From the NCBI GenBank assembly GCA_002897695.1, contig BDTG01000028.1, positions 7,329 to 71,328 on the forward strand: a stretch of DNA of 64,000 nt. Direction: 5' to 3'. Position numbers and translations under genes: made by a program. Origin of the DNA: a bacterium BMS3Abin14 (GTDB lineage: Bacteria; BMS3Abin14). The notes below the pieces were generated by a model. The model was not told the origin of the DNA. It did not search any database and was given only the letters and a program-made list of their open reading frames with translations. This document shows, piece after piece, positions 12,263-22,810 of this stretch; positions within the stretch are counted from its first letter, which is position 1; each line of letters starts with the position of its first letter.

Positions 12263-13576
12263 ATGAAAAAGATCCTGGTAGCTGATGACAGCGTCACTAT
12301 TCAGAAGGTTATTGCCCTTACCTTTGCCGACGAGCCCGTCGATATCCAGTCTGTTGGTTCCGGATCGGATGCCCTGGATAAGATGAGGGACTGGAAGCCC
12401 GATATTGTTCTGGCTGACGTCATCATGCCGCAGGTGAATGGGTATGAACTCTGCCGGGCAGTCAAGGAAAATGAGTCCACCAGGGATATCCCTGTGCTTC
12501 TCCTGGCGGGAACATTTGAGGCTTTCGATGAGGAAGAGGCAAAGGGCGCCGGCGCCGATGGCTTCATCACCAAACCCTTCGAGGCGCTGGAGCTCATTGA
12601 AAAGGTTAATGGGTTAATGGAAAAGGGTGTCCAGGTGGAACCCCCCAGGACCCCTGTTGTGGAGCCTGCTTTTGAACCCGCCCAGAAACCCGTTTTTGAA
12701 CCCGTTCAGGGTGCTGCCGATACTGAACCAGCCCCGGCAACCGTCCCCCCCGTAGAAGAGACCATTTCCGAACCGGATATCTGGGACATCCTCAGCGAGG
12801 CCGATGAGATGGAGCCCGTAAAGCCGCGGGGACCGACGGAGGTGGAGACTGCATCTCCATCTCTCGGACCGCTGGAGGGCTCCGGTGTCGTTGATTTTGG
12901 GAGTTTCGACATCGGGCTTGACAGGGCCGAGGAATCCCATGAAGTCCCGATGGTTCCAACCCCGGATGCAATCCAGCCGCCCGAAATGCCGCCGCCCGTA
13001 ATGCCGCCGCCCGTAATGCCGTCGCCCGTAATGCCGCCGCCCGTAATGCCGTCGCCCGTAATGCCGCCGCCCGTAATGCCGGTTGGTTCTGAAGGCGAAA
13101 GTAAGATTGAACGACGGGAAAAAGACTTCTTCGGATTTGAGACCGGAAGAACGGACTCAGTGTCCCTGGATATCATGGAAGACGCGATCGAGGAAATCAC
13201 CTTCGATGTCGAGGAGCCCGCCCCGTCCGGGGTTCCCGATCCTGACCCATTTAAGGCACAGGAGTCCGTTCCGCTTGAGATACAGGAACCCGCCTCGTTT
13301 AAGGTGCAGGAACCTGCCCCGTTTGAGATACAGGAATCTGTTCCACAGGATGCCGGGAAGGAAGAAACCGCATTCACCGTCCACGAGCCCCTCCCGGATG
13401 GGAGTCATGGGACGGCAGAGGCCGTTTTATCCCAAATTGATGATGCCCAGCTTGAATCCATCATCAGGGAGGCCGTGGAAAAGAAGGTTGAGAAGATTGT
13501 ATGGGAGGTTGTGCCGGAACTCTCAGAGATCCTGATTAGGGAAGCCATCGAGAAAATCAGGGGCGGCAGAGCCTGA
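12263..13576 (+). CDS. response regulator with receiver domain, long Pro-rich disordered linker and conserved C-terminal helix (RomR/FrzS-like architecture)
   Basis: Receiver motifs (VADDS...D54-like ADVIMP...KPF). (PVMPP)n linker. C-terminal LESIIREAVEKKVEKIVWEVVPELSEIL. Confidence 0.7.
   Translation: MKKILVADDSVTIQKVIALTFADEPVDIQSVGSGSDALDKMRDWKPDIVLADVIMPQVNGYELCRAVKENESTRDIPVLLLAGTFEAFDEEEAKGAGADGFITKPFEALELIEKVNGLMEKGVQVEPPRTPVVEPAFEPAQKPVFEPVQGAADTEPAPATVPPVEETISEPDIWDILSEADEMEPVKPRGPTEVETASPSLGPLEGSGVVDFGSFDIGLDRAEESHEVPMVPTPDAIQPPEMPPPVMPPPVMPSPVMPPPVMPSPVMPPPVMPVGSEGESKIERREKDFFGFETGRTDSVSLDIMEDAIEEITFDVEEPAPSGVPDPDPFKAQESVPLEIQEPASFKVQEPAPFEIQESVPQDAGKEETAFTVHEPLPDGSHGTAEAVLSQIDDAQLESIIREAVEKKVEKIVWEVVPELSEILIREAIEKIRGGRA
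12976..13080 (+). repeat. 7 tandem copies of a 15-bp unit (g/tccgcccgtaatgcc) inside the response-regulator CDS, encoding (P-V/E-M-P-P/S)n
   Basis: Perfect or near-perfect head-to-tail copies visible in the sequence. Confidence 0.9.
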
Positions 13577-13739
13577 TTCAAGCCAATGTCCAGCACGGGA
13601 GGGCTTTCGGGGAACCGTCAGCCCTCTTTCTGTATGGCTCCACAACGATAGAACCGGCGGCCTCGGCCGTGCCGCTTTTGAAAAGGTGTTTACTAAATAC
13701 TACGGGCATGATGCTGAGGTATTTCATCGGGAGTGATGA

Positions 13740-16403
13740 TTGATGAATGATAGCAATGACACTCTGGGCAAATATTTCAACCCCGCGGAAGCGGAAAAGC
13801 GCTGGTATGCCACCTGGATGGATAAAGGGTATTTCCATGCCGATGAGAGATCCTCCCTCCCTCCCTTCAGTATCGTGATTCCCCCTCCGAACGTTACAGG
13901 TTCTCTCCACATGGGACACGCCTTAAACAACACCCTCCAGGATATTCTTGTCCGTTACCGGAGGATGTCCGGGTTCGAGGCTCTCTGGATGCCGGGGACT
14001 GATCATGCCGGTATCGCAACACAGAATGTCGTCGAGAAACAGTTGGCCATCGAAGGGATCGACAGACACACTCTTGGGCGTGATCGTTTTGTGGAAAGGG
14101 TTTGGGAGTGGAAAAAGAAGTATGGCGGAGTCATCCTTGAACAGCTCCGGCGCCTGGGAGCGTCATGTGACTGGGAAAGGGAACGCTTCACCATGGACAA
14201 GGGCCTCTCAAAGGCTGTCCGGGAGGTGTTTGTCCGACTATACAGGGAAGATTTCATATACCAGGGCGATTATATAATAAACTGGTGTCCCAGGTGCCAA
14301 ACAGCAATTTCGGATCTGGAGGTGGAACACAAAACTGATAAGGGGCGTCTCTATCATATTCGATACCCCGCTTCAGATGGGCGGGGGGACGTGGTGGTTG
14401 CCACTACCCGGCCGGAGACCATGTTGGGGGATACAGCCGTCGCTGTTCATCCGGAGGACACACGTTACGCCGGCCTGACCGGTCGATCTTTCCGTCTTCC
14501 CCTGACGTCACGGGAGATCCCCCTCATCACCGATACCTACTGCGACATGGATTTTGGCACAGGCGCCGTTAAGGTGACCCCAGCCCATGATCCCAACGAT
14601 TTTGACATCGGTCAGCGCCATGGTCTTCCCAGTATAACTGTAATTTCACTTGATGGAACAATGACACTTGAGGCCGGAGAGCATTATGAGGGATTGGATC
14701 GATACGAGTGCCGCAGGAAGGTTGTCAATGACCTTCAGGATGGCGGGTATCTGGTAAGTGTCGCTGATTACGAGCATTCGGTTGGACAATGCTACCGGTG
14801 TCAGACGGTCATAGAGCCCATCATCTCCAGACAATGGTTTGTTAAAATGAAGAATCTGGCCGGGCCGGCCATGGAAGCCGTGAAGGATGGCCGCATCAGG
14901 ATCTATCCGGACAACTGGGAGAAAACGTACTTCGAGTGGATGAACAATATCAGGGATTGGTGCATATCCAGACAGATCTGGTGGGGGCATCGGATTCCGG
15001 TCTGGACCTGCCGGAAATGCGACGAACTCATGGTTGAGGTCGAGGATCCGACGGCCTGCGCCGCCTGCGGATCCAGCGATATCCAACAGGCCGAGGATGT
15101 TCTGGACACCTGGTTTTCCTCCGCGCTTTGGCCTTTTTCCACCATGGGATGGCCGGAAGAAACGCAGACGCTGAAAAAATTCTATCCCACAAGCTGTCTG
15201 ATTACCGGTTTCGATATCCTCTTTTTCTGGGTAGCCAGAATGATCATGATGGGAATGAAATTTATGGATGATGTCCCCTTCCGGGAAGTCTATATTCACG
15301 CCCTTGTCCGGGACGCTGAGGGGCATAAGATGAGCAAGTCGAGGGGAAACGTTATTGATCCGCTTGTGATGATCGATAGGTTCGGCGCCGATGCATTCCG
15401 GTATACTCTCGCCGCATTCGCTGCCATGGGAAGGGACATCAAACTGGCCGAGGACAGAATAGAGGGCTACAGGCACTTCATCAACAAGATCTGGAACGCA
15501 TCCGGCCTTGTCCTGCGATATGTCGACGGTTTCAGGGAGGAGGAGATTTTGAATCCGCCCCTTCCGGACGCTCAGCACAACAGATGGATATTGAGCAGAT
15601 TATCTCAGGTGATAATATCTGTGACGAATTCTCTGGACACCTATCGGTTTAATGAGACGGCCAACCTCATCTACCAGTTTTTCTGGCATGAGTTCTGTGA
15701 CTGGTACCTGGAGTTGGCCAAACCGTCTTTTTATGGTGAGGCCGGCGAGTCGGCCCTTCGGGAGACGTCGTTGACGGCCGCTCATGTCCTTGAGGCTGTC
15801 CTGAGGCTCATGCACCCCATTGTCCCGTTCATAACCGAGGAGATCTGGCAGAGGCTGCCCATGGAAGGGGAGAGCATCATGCTGGCCCCGTTTCCCATGG
15901 CCGGGGAAGATGGCATAAATCCCGAAGTGGAGGAGGTGGCGAACGTCATAATGGATGTCACCACCGCAATTCGGAACCTCAGGACGGAGCTGGAGGTTCA
16001 GCCGTCCCAACGGGTTCCGGCAACCGTGCTTTGCCATGACAAGAAAATGGCCGCGGTGCTCAGCGCCAATGCGGCCGACATTATAAGATTGGCCGGACTC
16101 GAAGGCCTCGAAATTATCGAGAAGGGGGAGAAGCCGGCTGATGTTTCCATCAACATTGTTCGGGGAATGGAGGTTTTCATCAGGCCCGATACCAGGGTGG
16201 ATGTGGAGGCCGAGACGCTTCGCCTTGGCCGTGCCCTTCAGAAGGCCTCCGCGGAGCTGGAAAAGGTTGAGTGCAAGCTTCAAAACCCGCAGTTTATCCG
16301 GAAGGCGCCCGGTGAGGTTGTTGAAAAGAACCGAAATACCCGGGATGAATTAAACCTTCAGATCCTTAAACTGAAACAGAACATGGAACGGCTGAATGCG
16401 TGA
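13740..16403 (+). CDS. valS: valyl-tRNA synthetase
   Basis: HMGH and KMSKS motifs, anticodon-binding domain and C-terminal coiled coil. Confidence 0.95.
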   Translation: MMNDSNDTLGKYFNPAEAEKRWYATWMDKGYFHADERSSLPPFSIVIPPPNVTGSLHMGHALNNTLQDILVRYRRMSGFEALWMPGTDHAGIATQNVVEKQLAIEGIDRHTLGRDRFVERVWEWKKKYGGVILEQLRRLGASCDWERERFTMDKGLSKAVREVFVRLYREDFIYQGDYIINWCPRCQTAISDLEVEHKTDKGRLYHIRYPASDGRGDVVVATTRPETMLGDTAVAVHPEDTRYAGLTGRSFRLPLTSREIPLITDTYCDMDFGTGAVKVTPAHDPNDFDIGQRHGLPSITVISLDGTMTLEAGEHYEGLDRYECRRKVVNDLQDGGYLVSVADYEHSVGQCYRCQTVIEPIISRQWFVKMKNLAGPAMEAVKDGRIRIYPDNWEKTYFEWMNNIRDWCISRQIWWGHRIPVWTCRKCDELMVEVEDPTACAACGSSDIQQAEDVLDTWFSSALWPFSTMGWPEETQTLKKFYPTSCLITGFDILFFWVARMIMMGMKFMDDVPFREVYIHALVRDAEGHKMSKSRGNVIDPLVMIDRFGADAFRYTLAAFAAMGRDIKLAEDRIEGYRHFINKIWNASGLVLRYVDGFREEEILNPPLPDAQHNRWILSRLSQVIISVTNSLDTYRFNETANLIYQFFWHEFCDWYLELAKPSFYGEAGESALRETSLTAAHVLEAVLRLMHPIVPFITEEIWQRLPMEGESIMLAPFPMAGEDGINPEVEEVANVIMDVTTAIRNLRTELEVQPSQRVPATVLCHDKKMAAVLSANAADIIRLAGLEGLEIIEKGEKPADVSINIVRGMEVFIRPDTRVDVEAETLRLGRALQKASAELEKVECKLQNPQFIRKAPGEVVEKNRNTRDELNLQILKLKQNMERLNA

Positions 16404-17232
16404 ACTTCCCGCCGCCGTCCTCCGGCTGATCGATCTGGCCCTGGAGGAAGATCTGGGCCCCGGCGATGTGACCGCCGCCGCCCTCATCGGACCCCTGAAG
16501 GGCAGGGCAATTATAGAGGCGAGGGAAAAAACCGTCGTATGCGGTTTGGGTGTGGCGGGATCCGTTTTCAAGAGGATCGACCCGGCCATACGTTTCAAAG
16601 GCCTTGCCGGGGAGGGAGAGACCGCCGCAGAGGGGGACGTTCTGGCGGAGCTCACCGGGTCTGTTGCCTCCCTGTTGGCCGGGGAACGCACAGCCCTTAA
16701 CTTTATCCAGAGGATGAGTGGGGTTGCAAGCCTTTCACGGCAATACGCCGAAAGGGCGAAAAATAAAGCCGTCGTCTTAGACAGCAGAAAGACCATCCCC
16801 GGATGGCGATGGCTTGACAAACTCGCCGTTCGGACCGGAGGCTGCCGGAACCATCGCATGGGGCTTTTCGACGGGATCCTGATCAAGGATAACCATATCG
16901 CGGCCTGTGGCGGAATCCGCCAGGCGGTGGCAAGGGCTCTTGTTAATTTACCCCCCGGCCTGGCTGTAGAGGTCGAGGTGGATTCCATAGCGGGGATAAA
17001 AGAGGCGTTGTCGGCGGGGGCGGGAATCATCATGCTCGATAACTTCACTTCCGATCAGGTCGCCGCCGCTATCCCCATTGTGGCCGGCAGGGCGCTTGTT
17101 GAGGTGTCCGGCGGGATCACCCTGGAAAACATTGATGGATACATTCAAAGCGGAAAGGTGGACTTCATTTCCGTTGGAGCCCTGACTCATTCGGCGGTTT
17201 CAAAGGACATCAGTATGGAGATAATGGAGTAA
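16396..17232 (+). CDS. nadC: nicotinate-nucleotide pyrophosphorylase (quinolinate PRTase)
   Basis: ...[16 protein letters not shown]...DNHI... is the QPRTase family. Confidence 0.9.
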   Translation: MRELPAAVLRLIDLALEEDLGPGDVTAAALIGPLKGRAIIEAREKTVVCGLGVAGSVFKRIDPAIRFKGLAGEGETAAEGDVLAELTGSVASLLAGERTALNFIQRMSGVASLSRQYAERAKNKAVVLDSRKTIPGWRWLDKLAVRTGGCRNHRMGLFDGILIKDNHIAACGGIRQAVARALVNLPPGLAVEVEVDSIAGIKEALSAGAGIIMLDNFTSDQVAAAIPIVAGRALVEVSGGITLENIDGYIQSGKVDFISVGALTHSAVSKDISMEIME

Positions 17233-17242
17233 AAACCCACGG

Positions 17243-18037
17243 ATGGACGTTTTGTCAGATGATCAATATTCGGTGAACTATCCGATGAACCTGCGCCGAT
17301 ACGACACCGTCCCCTCCACCAGCGATCTGCTCAAAACCATGGCGGACGAGGGAGCCGCCGAATGGACCGCTGTCCTGTCAAAATCCCAGACGAGGGGAAG
17401 GGGGCGTCTCGGGCGGCCCTGGCATTCTCCCCCGGGCAACATCTACCTTTCCATCCTTCTACGCCCCACCATCCTGCCCAATGAGCTTCCCAGGTTGTCC
17501 CTTATTGCAGCCCTGGCCGTTTTTGAAACCCTCCGGGGGGAGATGCTTTTGCTTAAGCTGAAGTGGCCCAACGATATTCTCTTCGAGGGCCGGAAACTCG
17601 CAGGCGTACTTCTTGAGGCCAAAACGCAGGCTGAGAAAGTGGAATATGTCGTGGTTGGAATAGGGATCAATCTCAAGGCATCCCCGGCGGGCATGCCGGA
17701 AGCTCTGGCTGGGAAAACCGCTTCCCTGGAGGAGGCGGGAGGGGACTTGAACGCCGAACGTATCATCAAGAGGCTGGAGATTAACCTTCGACGGCACAGT
17801 ACCTCATATCGAGGCGCCGGCTGGGAGGATGTCAGGGCCAGGTGGCTGGAATGCGCTGATTGGAATCGGGAATATTCCGCCATGAGCTCCGGGCATCGAT
17901 GTGTCGGACGCCCCGTAAGCCTGAATCCGGACGGGTCGCTTCTTTTCGCAACTTCCGATGGACATGTTACCTTAACCTCCGGGGAACTCGTCGATATTGC
18001 AGATCACCGTCCCGGTTATCAAAATACGATGAGGTGA
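17243..18037 (+). CDS. birA: biotin-[acetyl-CoA-carboxylase] ligase (group I, no HTH)
   Basis: GRGRLGRPWHSPPGNIY matches the BirA GRGRxGRxW motif. Confidence 0.9.
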   Translation: MDVLSDDQYSVNYPMNLRRYDTVPSTSDLLKTMADEGAAEWTAVLSKSQTRGRGRLGRPWHSPPGNIYLSILLRPTILPNELPRLSLIAALAVFETLRGEMLLLKLKWPNDILFEGRKLAGVLLEAKTQAEKVEYVVVGIGINLKASPAGMPEALAGKTASLEEAGGDLNAERIIKRLEINLRRHSTSYRGAGWEDVRARWLECADWNREYSAMSSGHRCVGRPVSLNPDGSLLFATSDGHVTLTSGELVDIADHRPGYQNTMR

Positions 18038-18039
18038 AC

Positions 18040-18816
18040 ATGAGGAAAGACCTGCTTCTTTGTATCGATGTCGGTAATACCCAGACAGTCCTTGGAACAT
18101 TCAGCGGCCTCAAGGTCACCTCCAGGTGGAGGATTCGGTCGGATCGTGGAAGAACAGCCGATGAATACGGCCACCTCATAAAGGATCTCCTTCGGAGCTC
18201 GGATCTGGACATAGATTCCCTGAAGGGTATTGCCATCTCCTGTGTGGTTCCACCTGCCCGCCAGGCCCTTGTGGAAATGTCGAAATCGAGTTTCGGGATC
18301 GATCCCATCGTTGTAGGCCCGGGGATCAGGACCGGAATGTCCATCCTCTACGATAATCCGAAGGAAGTTGGCGCGGACAGGATCGCCAACACGGTCGCCG
18401 CCTACGAACATTTCAAGCGGGCCCTGATAGTCATCGACTTCGGCACCGCCATAACATTCGATGTAGTATCCGGCAACGGGGATTATCTGGGCGGGGTGAT
18501 CTTCCCAGGGATACAGATCTCCCTGGATGCGCTCTTTCTCAAAGCGTCAAAACTCCCCCGGGTTGAGCTGGAATCTCCCCCATCTGTTATCGGGAGAGAT
18601 ACCATAGGCAGCATTCAATCCGGGATCGTATACGGATACGCCGGACTTGTGGATTCCCTTGTCAAAAAAATAGGGGAGGAGATGGTTGAGGCGCCCTATG
18701 TCGTGGCAACAGGAGGAATGACGCCCGTGCTGGCCGGTGAGTCTCAAACCATTATGGAGGTTCTCCCCGACCTTACGCTGGAAGGTCTCAGGATTCTCTA
18801 CGATCGGAATTGCTGA
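18040..18816 (+). CDS. coaX: type III pantothenate kinase
   Basis: MRKDLLLCIDVGNTQTV... is the Bvg accessory factor/CoaX family. ORF 17860 is an over-extension. Confidence 0.9.
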   Translation: MRKDLLLCIDVGNTQTVLGTFSGLKVTSRWRIRSDRGRTADEYGHLIKDLLRSSDLDIDSLKGIAISCVVPPARQALVEMSKSSFGIDPIVVGPGIRTGMSILYDNPKEVGADRIANTVAAYEHFKRALIVIDFGTAITFDVVSGNGDYLGGVIFPGIQISLDALFLKASKLPRVELESPPSVIGRDTIGSIQSGIVYGYAGLVDSLVKKIGEEMVEAPYVVATGGMTPVLAGESQTIMEVLPDLTLEGLRILYDRNC

Positions 18817-18955
18817 CCGGTCGCTTTGACCTTGACGCTATTTTCCACAGGATGATACTTATATATGTTTGAAACACACGCATAGGTAAAGTTAAAGGGA
18901 TAGAGACCTACAACGGAATTGCCGGAATTGTCAAAACTGACGGAGGTGCCAACGG

Positions 18956-21040
18956 ATGAAACAGGTTCAGGTGGACAGGATCAGGAATATTGCAATCATC
19001 GCCCACGGCAGCGCCGGCAAGACCGCCTTGGCTGAGGCCATTTTGTTTAATGCCGGGGCCACGAACCGCCTTGGAAAGATCAATGAAGGCAACACAATGA
19101 TGGATTTTCTGCCCGAAGAGATTTCCCGAAAAATAAGCACAAGTTCGGCCACGGCCTCCATACAGTGGGATGACCATCAAGTCAACCTTATCGATACTCC
19201 CGGATATCAGGATTTTATCGTCGATACCCTGTATGCCCTCATGGTTTGCGAAGGGGCGCTGATTATCGTAAGCGCCATCTCGGGCGTCAAGGTCCAGACA
19301 GAGAGGCTGTGGAAGATCGCCAGGGAAAATGATGTTCCATGCGTTGCCTTCGTAAACAAGATGGACCGGGAGAGGGCCAACTTCAATAAGGCCGTCGGCG
19401 ACATCAAAACGGCCCTCAATGCCAATCCTGTTCCTGTCCAGATTCCCATAGGGTCGGAAGCGGATTTCAAAGGGGTTGTCGACCTGATCAGGATGAAGGC
19501 ATTCATCTATAAAATGGATGGAAGCGGCAACTTCGAGGAAGGCGACATTCCCGCTGAAATGGTGGACGAGGTTAACGAATACAGGGAAAAACTCGTGGAG
19601 TCGGCAGCGGAGGGTGAGGATGCTCTGGTCGAAAAATACCTGGATACCGGAGAGCTGTCGGCTGGGGAGATAATCCGGGGCCTGAGGGCCGGTGTGATCG
19701 CCGGCCAGGTTGTCCCGGTATTCTGCGGCTCAGCGGCCCTGAATATCGGGGCCCGAAAACTTCTGGACAATCTCGTTGCGCTCTTGCCGTCCCCGGTGGA
19801 TCGCGGGCCGATTTCAGGTGTTGATGCCGAAGGGGCTGAAACATCGAGGAATCCCTCCACAGACGACCCTTTTGCCGCCTACGTTTACAAGACATTCGCC
19901 GACCCATACGCCGGCAAACTGACCCTGTTCAAGGTAATTTCCGGGTCCATTAAGGCGGATTCCGGGTTTTTCAACGCAACCCGGGAGGCCAAAGAGAGGT
20001 GTGGCAACATCTTCCAGCTCCAGGGCAAGAAACAGACCCCCGTTCCCGAATTATTCGCTGGTCAGCTGGGCGCTGTTGCCAAGCTCAAGGAGACCGGGAC
20101 CGGGGATACCCTTTGCATGGAGAGTGACCCATTTATACTTTCTCCCCCCCACGTCCCCGAACCAGCGCTTTCATACGCCATCGTTCCCAAAACCAAGGGG
20201 GACGAGGAGAAGGTCAGCGCTGCCATCAATCGACTCCTGGATGAGGACCCGTCCCTTCGAGTGTCGAGGGACAAGGAAACCAAAGAAAATATCCTTTCAG
20301 GTATGGGGCAGCTCCACATTGAGGTTACCATAGGGAGAATGAAGGAGAAATTTGGAGTGGATGTGGAGATGAAAATCCCCAAAGTTCCCTACAGGGAAAC
20401 CATCAAGGGGAAGACCAGGCTCCAGAGCCGTTACAAAAAGCAGTCCGGAGGGCGGGGACAGTATGGGGATGTCTGGCTGGAAATCGAGCCTCTTGCTAAC
20501 GGAGCAGAGTTTGAATTCGTTGACAGAATAGTTGGCGGCGTTGTGCCGAGGCAGTATATTCCGGCTGTTGAAAAAGGGGTCCGTGAGGCCATGACCGAGG
20601 GTGTCCTGGCGGGCTATCCCGTGACAAATGTCAAGGTATCCCTCTACGACGGGTCGTTCCACTCGGTGGATTCCTCGGAGATGGCGTTCAAAATAGCCGC
20701 GTCCATGGGATTCAAGAAGGGTTTCATGGAGGCGAAACCAATCCTTCTTGAACCAATTGTCGACCTTGAGGTCTCTGTGCAGGATGATTATATGGGATCC
20801 GTTATTGGGGACCTTAACTCCAGAAGGGGAAAAGTCGTGGGTGTGGAACCCCAGGCAGGAAGCCAGTTGGTGAGGGCCCAGGTCCCCATGGCGGAGGTTC
20901 TGACCTATGCGCCCGACTTGAGGTCTATGACCGAGGGGAGGGCCTCTTTCAGCCAGACGTTTTCACATTACGAGGAAGTTCCGGCGCACCTGGCGTCGGG
21001 AATTATCGAAAAAACCGGGGATAAAAAAGAAAAGGATTGA
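18956..21040 (+). CDS. elongation factor G paralogue (EF-G2-like translational GTPase)
   Basis: G domain AHGSAGKT, DTPGYQDF, NKMD. Full EF-G domain set. Not in a str operon context. Confidence 0.85.
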   Translation: MKQVQVDRIRNIAIIAHGSAGKTALAEAILFNAGATNRLGKINEGNTMMDFLPEEISRKISTSSATASIQWDDHQVNLIDTPGYQDFIVDTLYALMVCEGALIIVSAISGVKVQTERLWKIARENDVPCVAFVNKMDRERANFNKAVGDIKTALNANPVPVQIPIGSEADFKGVVDLIRMKAFIYKMDGSGNFEEGDIPAEMVDEVNEYREKLVESAAEGEDALVEKYLDTGELSAGEIIRGLRAGVIAGQVVPVFCGSAALNIGARKLLDNLVALLPSPVDRGPISGVDAEGAETSRNPSTDDPFAAYVYKTFADPYAGKLTLFKVISGSIKADSGFFNATREAKERCGNIFQLQGKKQTPVPELFAGQLGAVAKLKETGTGDTLCMESDPFILSPPHVPEPALSYAIVPKTKGDEEKVSAAINRLLDEDPSLRVSRDKETKENILSGMGQLHIEVTIGRMKEKFGVDVEMKIPKVPYRETIKGKTRLQSRYKKQSGGRGQYGDVWLEIEPLANGAEFEFVDRIVGGVVPRQYIPAVEKGVREAMTEGVLAGYPVTNVKVSLYDGSFHSVDSSEMAFKIAASMGFKKGFMEAKPILLEPIVDLEVSVQDDYMGSVIGDLNSRRGKVVGVEPQAGSQLVRAQVPMAEVLTYAPDLRSMTEGRASFSQTFSHYEEVPAHLASGIIEKTGDKKEKD

Positions 21041-21043
21041 GCT

Positions 21044-22135
21044 ATGGGCGATGATTTTGATCTCTTTCCCAAGAGGGATAACCTTGACCCGTTTTCTTTC
21101 GGACAGGATGAAAAGGGTCCGAAAGAAGAGGATAAACCGGAGGAACCCGCCGATCTTGTTTTTGGCGTAAAAGAGGAAAAGGCTGTCGACAGCCTACCGG
21201 ACCTGGATGTGGACAAACTCCTGGGTGAGCCGCGTTCATCCGACAGGGAGCTCGAACCTCCAATGTCAGGGCCCATACCCGATGAACAGTCGGGTATAGG
21301 TATTCCTCCAGCAGAAGGTCACCCGGGGACCGGCAGAAGAGCCGGTTCGGGAAAGCGCAAGACTTCACCGTTTGTCCTCATCGGAGGCGCGCTTGTACTT
21401 ATTCTGCTCATCCTGTGGGGAGTCTTGAACTATCTTCACCAGGACAGGAGAACAGATTCCAGTTTTCGGGCACCTGCGGTTAACAAGGTCACCGTGAAGA
21501 TGGAGAAGCTTCCCCGGAATACGGCTCCAAAGGTGACAGCTCCCGTTCCCAAACCGGTCCCTGTGCCCATTCCCAAACCTGTTCCTGCACCGGCGCCTGA
21601 ACCGGTTCAAACACCCGCTATAAAACCTGTTAAAACACCATCGTTGCAAAACCCCATGCCGGTTGTCGAAGGGGCGGAGGGGAAATATTCTGTTCAGGTT
21701 GGGGCATGCATTCTCAAGTCGAGCGTAAGGGAACTCGAAAAAAAGCTGGCTGCTGTCGGCTACAGTCCGCTCTATAAAAAAGGGTCTACTCACGCGATGA
21801 TGCATTTTCTGACAGTAGGCCCCTTTGCCAGTACCAGCGAGGCCGAAAGGGTTCTTTCCGACCTTAAACAGGCGAGGGTAGAGGCTAACCTTTCGAGGGT
21901 TTCCGGAGGAGAAACGGCTATCAACGCCGGCAGTTACCTGTTTGAGGGAAATGCCCGGATGATAATGACCCGCATAAATAAGATGGGGTACAGGGTCAGG
22001 CTGACCAAAAGAGAAACCAGGCTTCCCATGACCTTTGTCAGGGTTGGTAAGTTCCGGACAAGGTCGGATGCAGGAAGTTTAAGTGATGAGCTCAAGGATA
22101 AAGGATTTGATGCCATTGTCGTCAAGCTTCAATAG
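21044..22135 (+). CDS. SPOR domain protein (Pro-rich linker, two C-terminal SPOR repeats, one TM)
   Basis: Acidic N-terminus, TM FVLIGGALVLILLIL, PKPVPVPIPKPVPAP linker and two SPOR-like repeats (KYSVQVGAC..., RVRLTKRE...VGKF). Confidence 0.65.
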   Translation: MGDDFDLFPKRDNLDPFSFGQDEKGPKEEDKPEEPADLVFGVKEEKAVDSLPDLDVDKLLGEPRSSDRELEPPMSGPIPDEQSGIGIPPAEGHPGTGRRAGSGKRKTSPFVLIGGALVLILLILWGVLNYLHQDRRTDSSFRAPAVNKVTVKMEKLPRNTAPKVTAPVPKPVPVPIPKPVPAPAPEPVQTPAIKPVKTPSLQNPMPVVEGAEGKYSVQVGACILKSSVRELEKKLAAVGYSPLYKKGSTHAMMHFLTVGPFASTSEAERVLSDLKQARVEANLSRVSGGETAINAGSYLFEGNARMIMTRINKMGYRVRLTKRETRLPMTFVRVGKFRTRSDAGSLSDELKDKGFDAIVVKLQ

Positions 22136-22146
22136 GAAACTCACCA

Positions 22147-22806
22147 ATGACTCCGGCAAATGAGCGTGAATTAGGTGTTCTTGTCCGGATGGTAGCCTCG
22201 GACGACCCGCAAAGGCGGGATATCGCGCTCCGGGCCATCAGGAAAATTCCTTCGGCCGAGGTCGCGGAGTACCTGGCATCCCGTAAGCCTGACGAGAAGA
22301 CCTCCGGCCTGATAACACAATCACTCCAGGAAAGCGAATCCGACCCCGTTCCAACTGCTCAACAGGAAAATCATCCGGATAATGATAAGGAGTTGACATT
22401 GACCCAGCGCGTCCAGTTCATGACCGTGGGTGAAAAGATTAAATTGGCTTTCAAGGGCGACAAGGAGTCCAGGACGCTTCTCCTCAAGGACACTAACCGT
22501 GAGATATACATGTCCGTCCTGGAAAATCCAGGCCTTAAGGAGACCGAGGTCGAGATGATAACTAAAAATACGGCCACCAATGCCGACATTCTAAGGGCCA
22601 TCGGAAAGAACAGGGAGTGGTCGTCAAACAGGAATATAATGAGAAACCTTGTACACAATTCCAAAACCCCTGTGGAGCTTTCCATAAGGTTTCTTCCCAG
22701 AATGAATTTTAAAGATCTGGAATTTATCGCCAAGAGCCGGAACCTCCCGATGGCAGTCAGGACAAACGCCAAGAGGCTCGTCTCCAGCAAAAGGAAAGGG
22801 CGGTGA
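22147..22806 (+). CDS. hypothetical protein (alpha-helical), co-oriented with the mglA-like gene
   Basis: Intact ORF with good coding periodicity and no recognisable motif. Confidence 0.5.
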   Translation: MTPANERELGVLVRMVASDDPQRRDIALRAIRKIPSAEVAEYLASRKPDEKTSGLITQSLQESESDPVPTAQQENHPDNDKELTLTQRVQFMTVGEKIKLAFKGDKESRTLLLKDTNREIYMSVLENPGLKETEVEMITKNTATNADILRAIGKNREWSSNRNIMRNLVHNSKTPVELSIRFLPRMNFKDLEFIAKSRNLPMAVRTNAKRLVSSKRKGR

Positions 22807-22810
22807 AGCT

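Noticed and set aside
12263-13576. Calling the Pro-rich response regulator RomR outright
   Set aside because: Only the domain order matches. I cannot verify the RomR-C motif from memory, so it is reported as RomR/FrzS-like architecture only.
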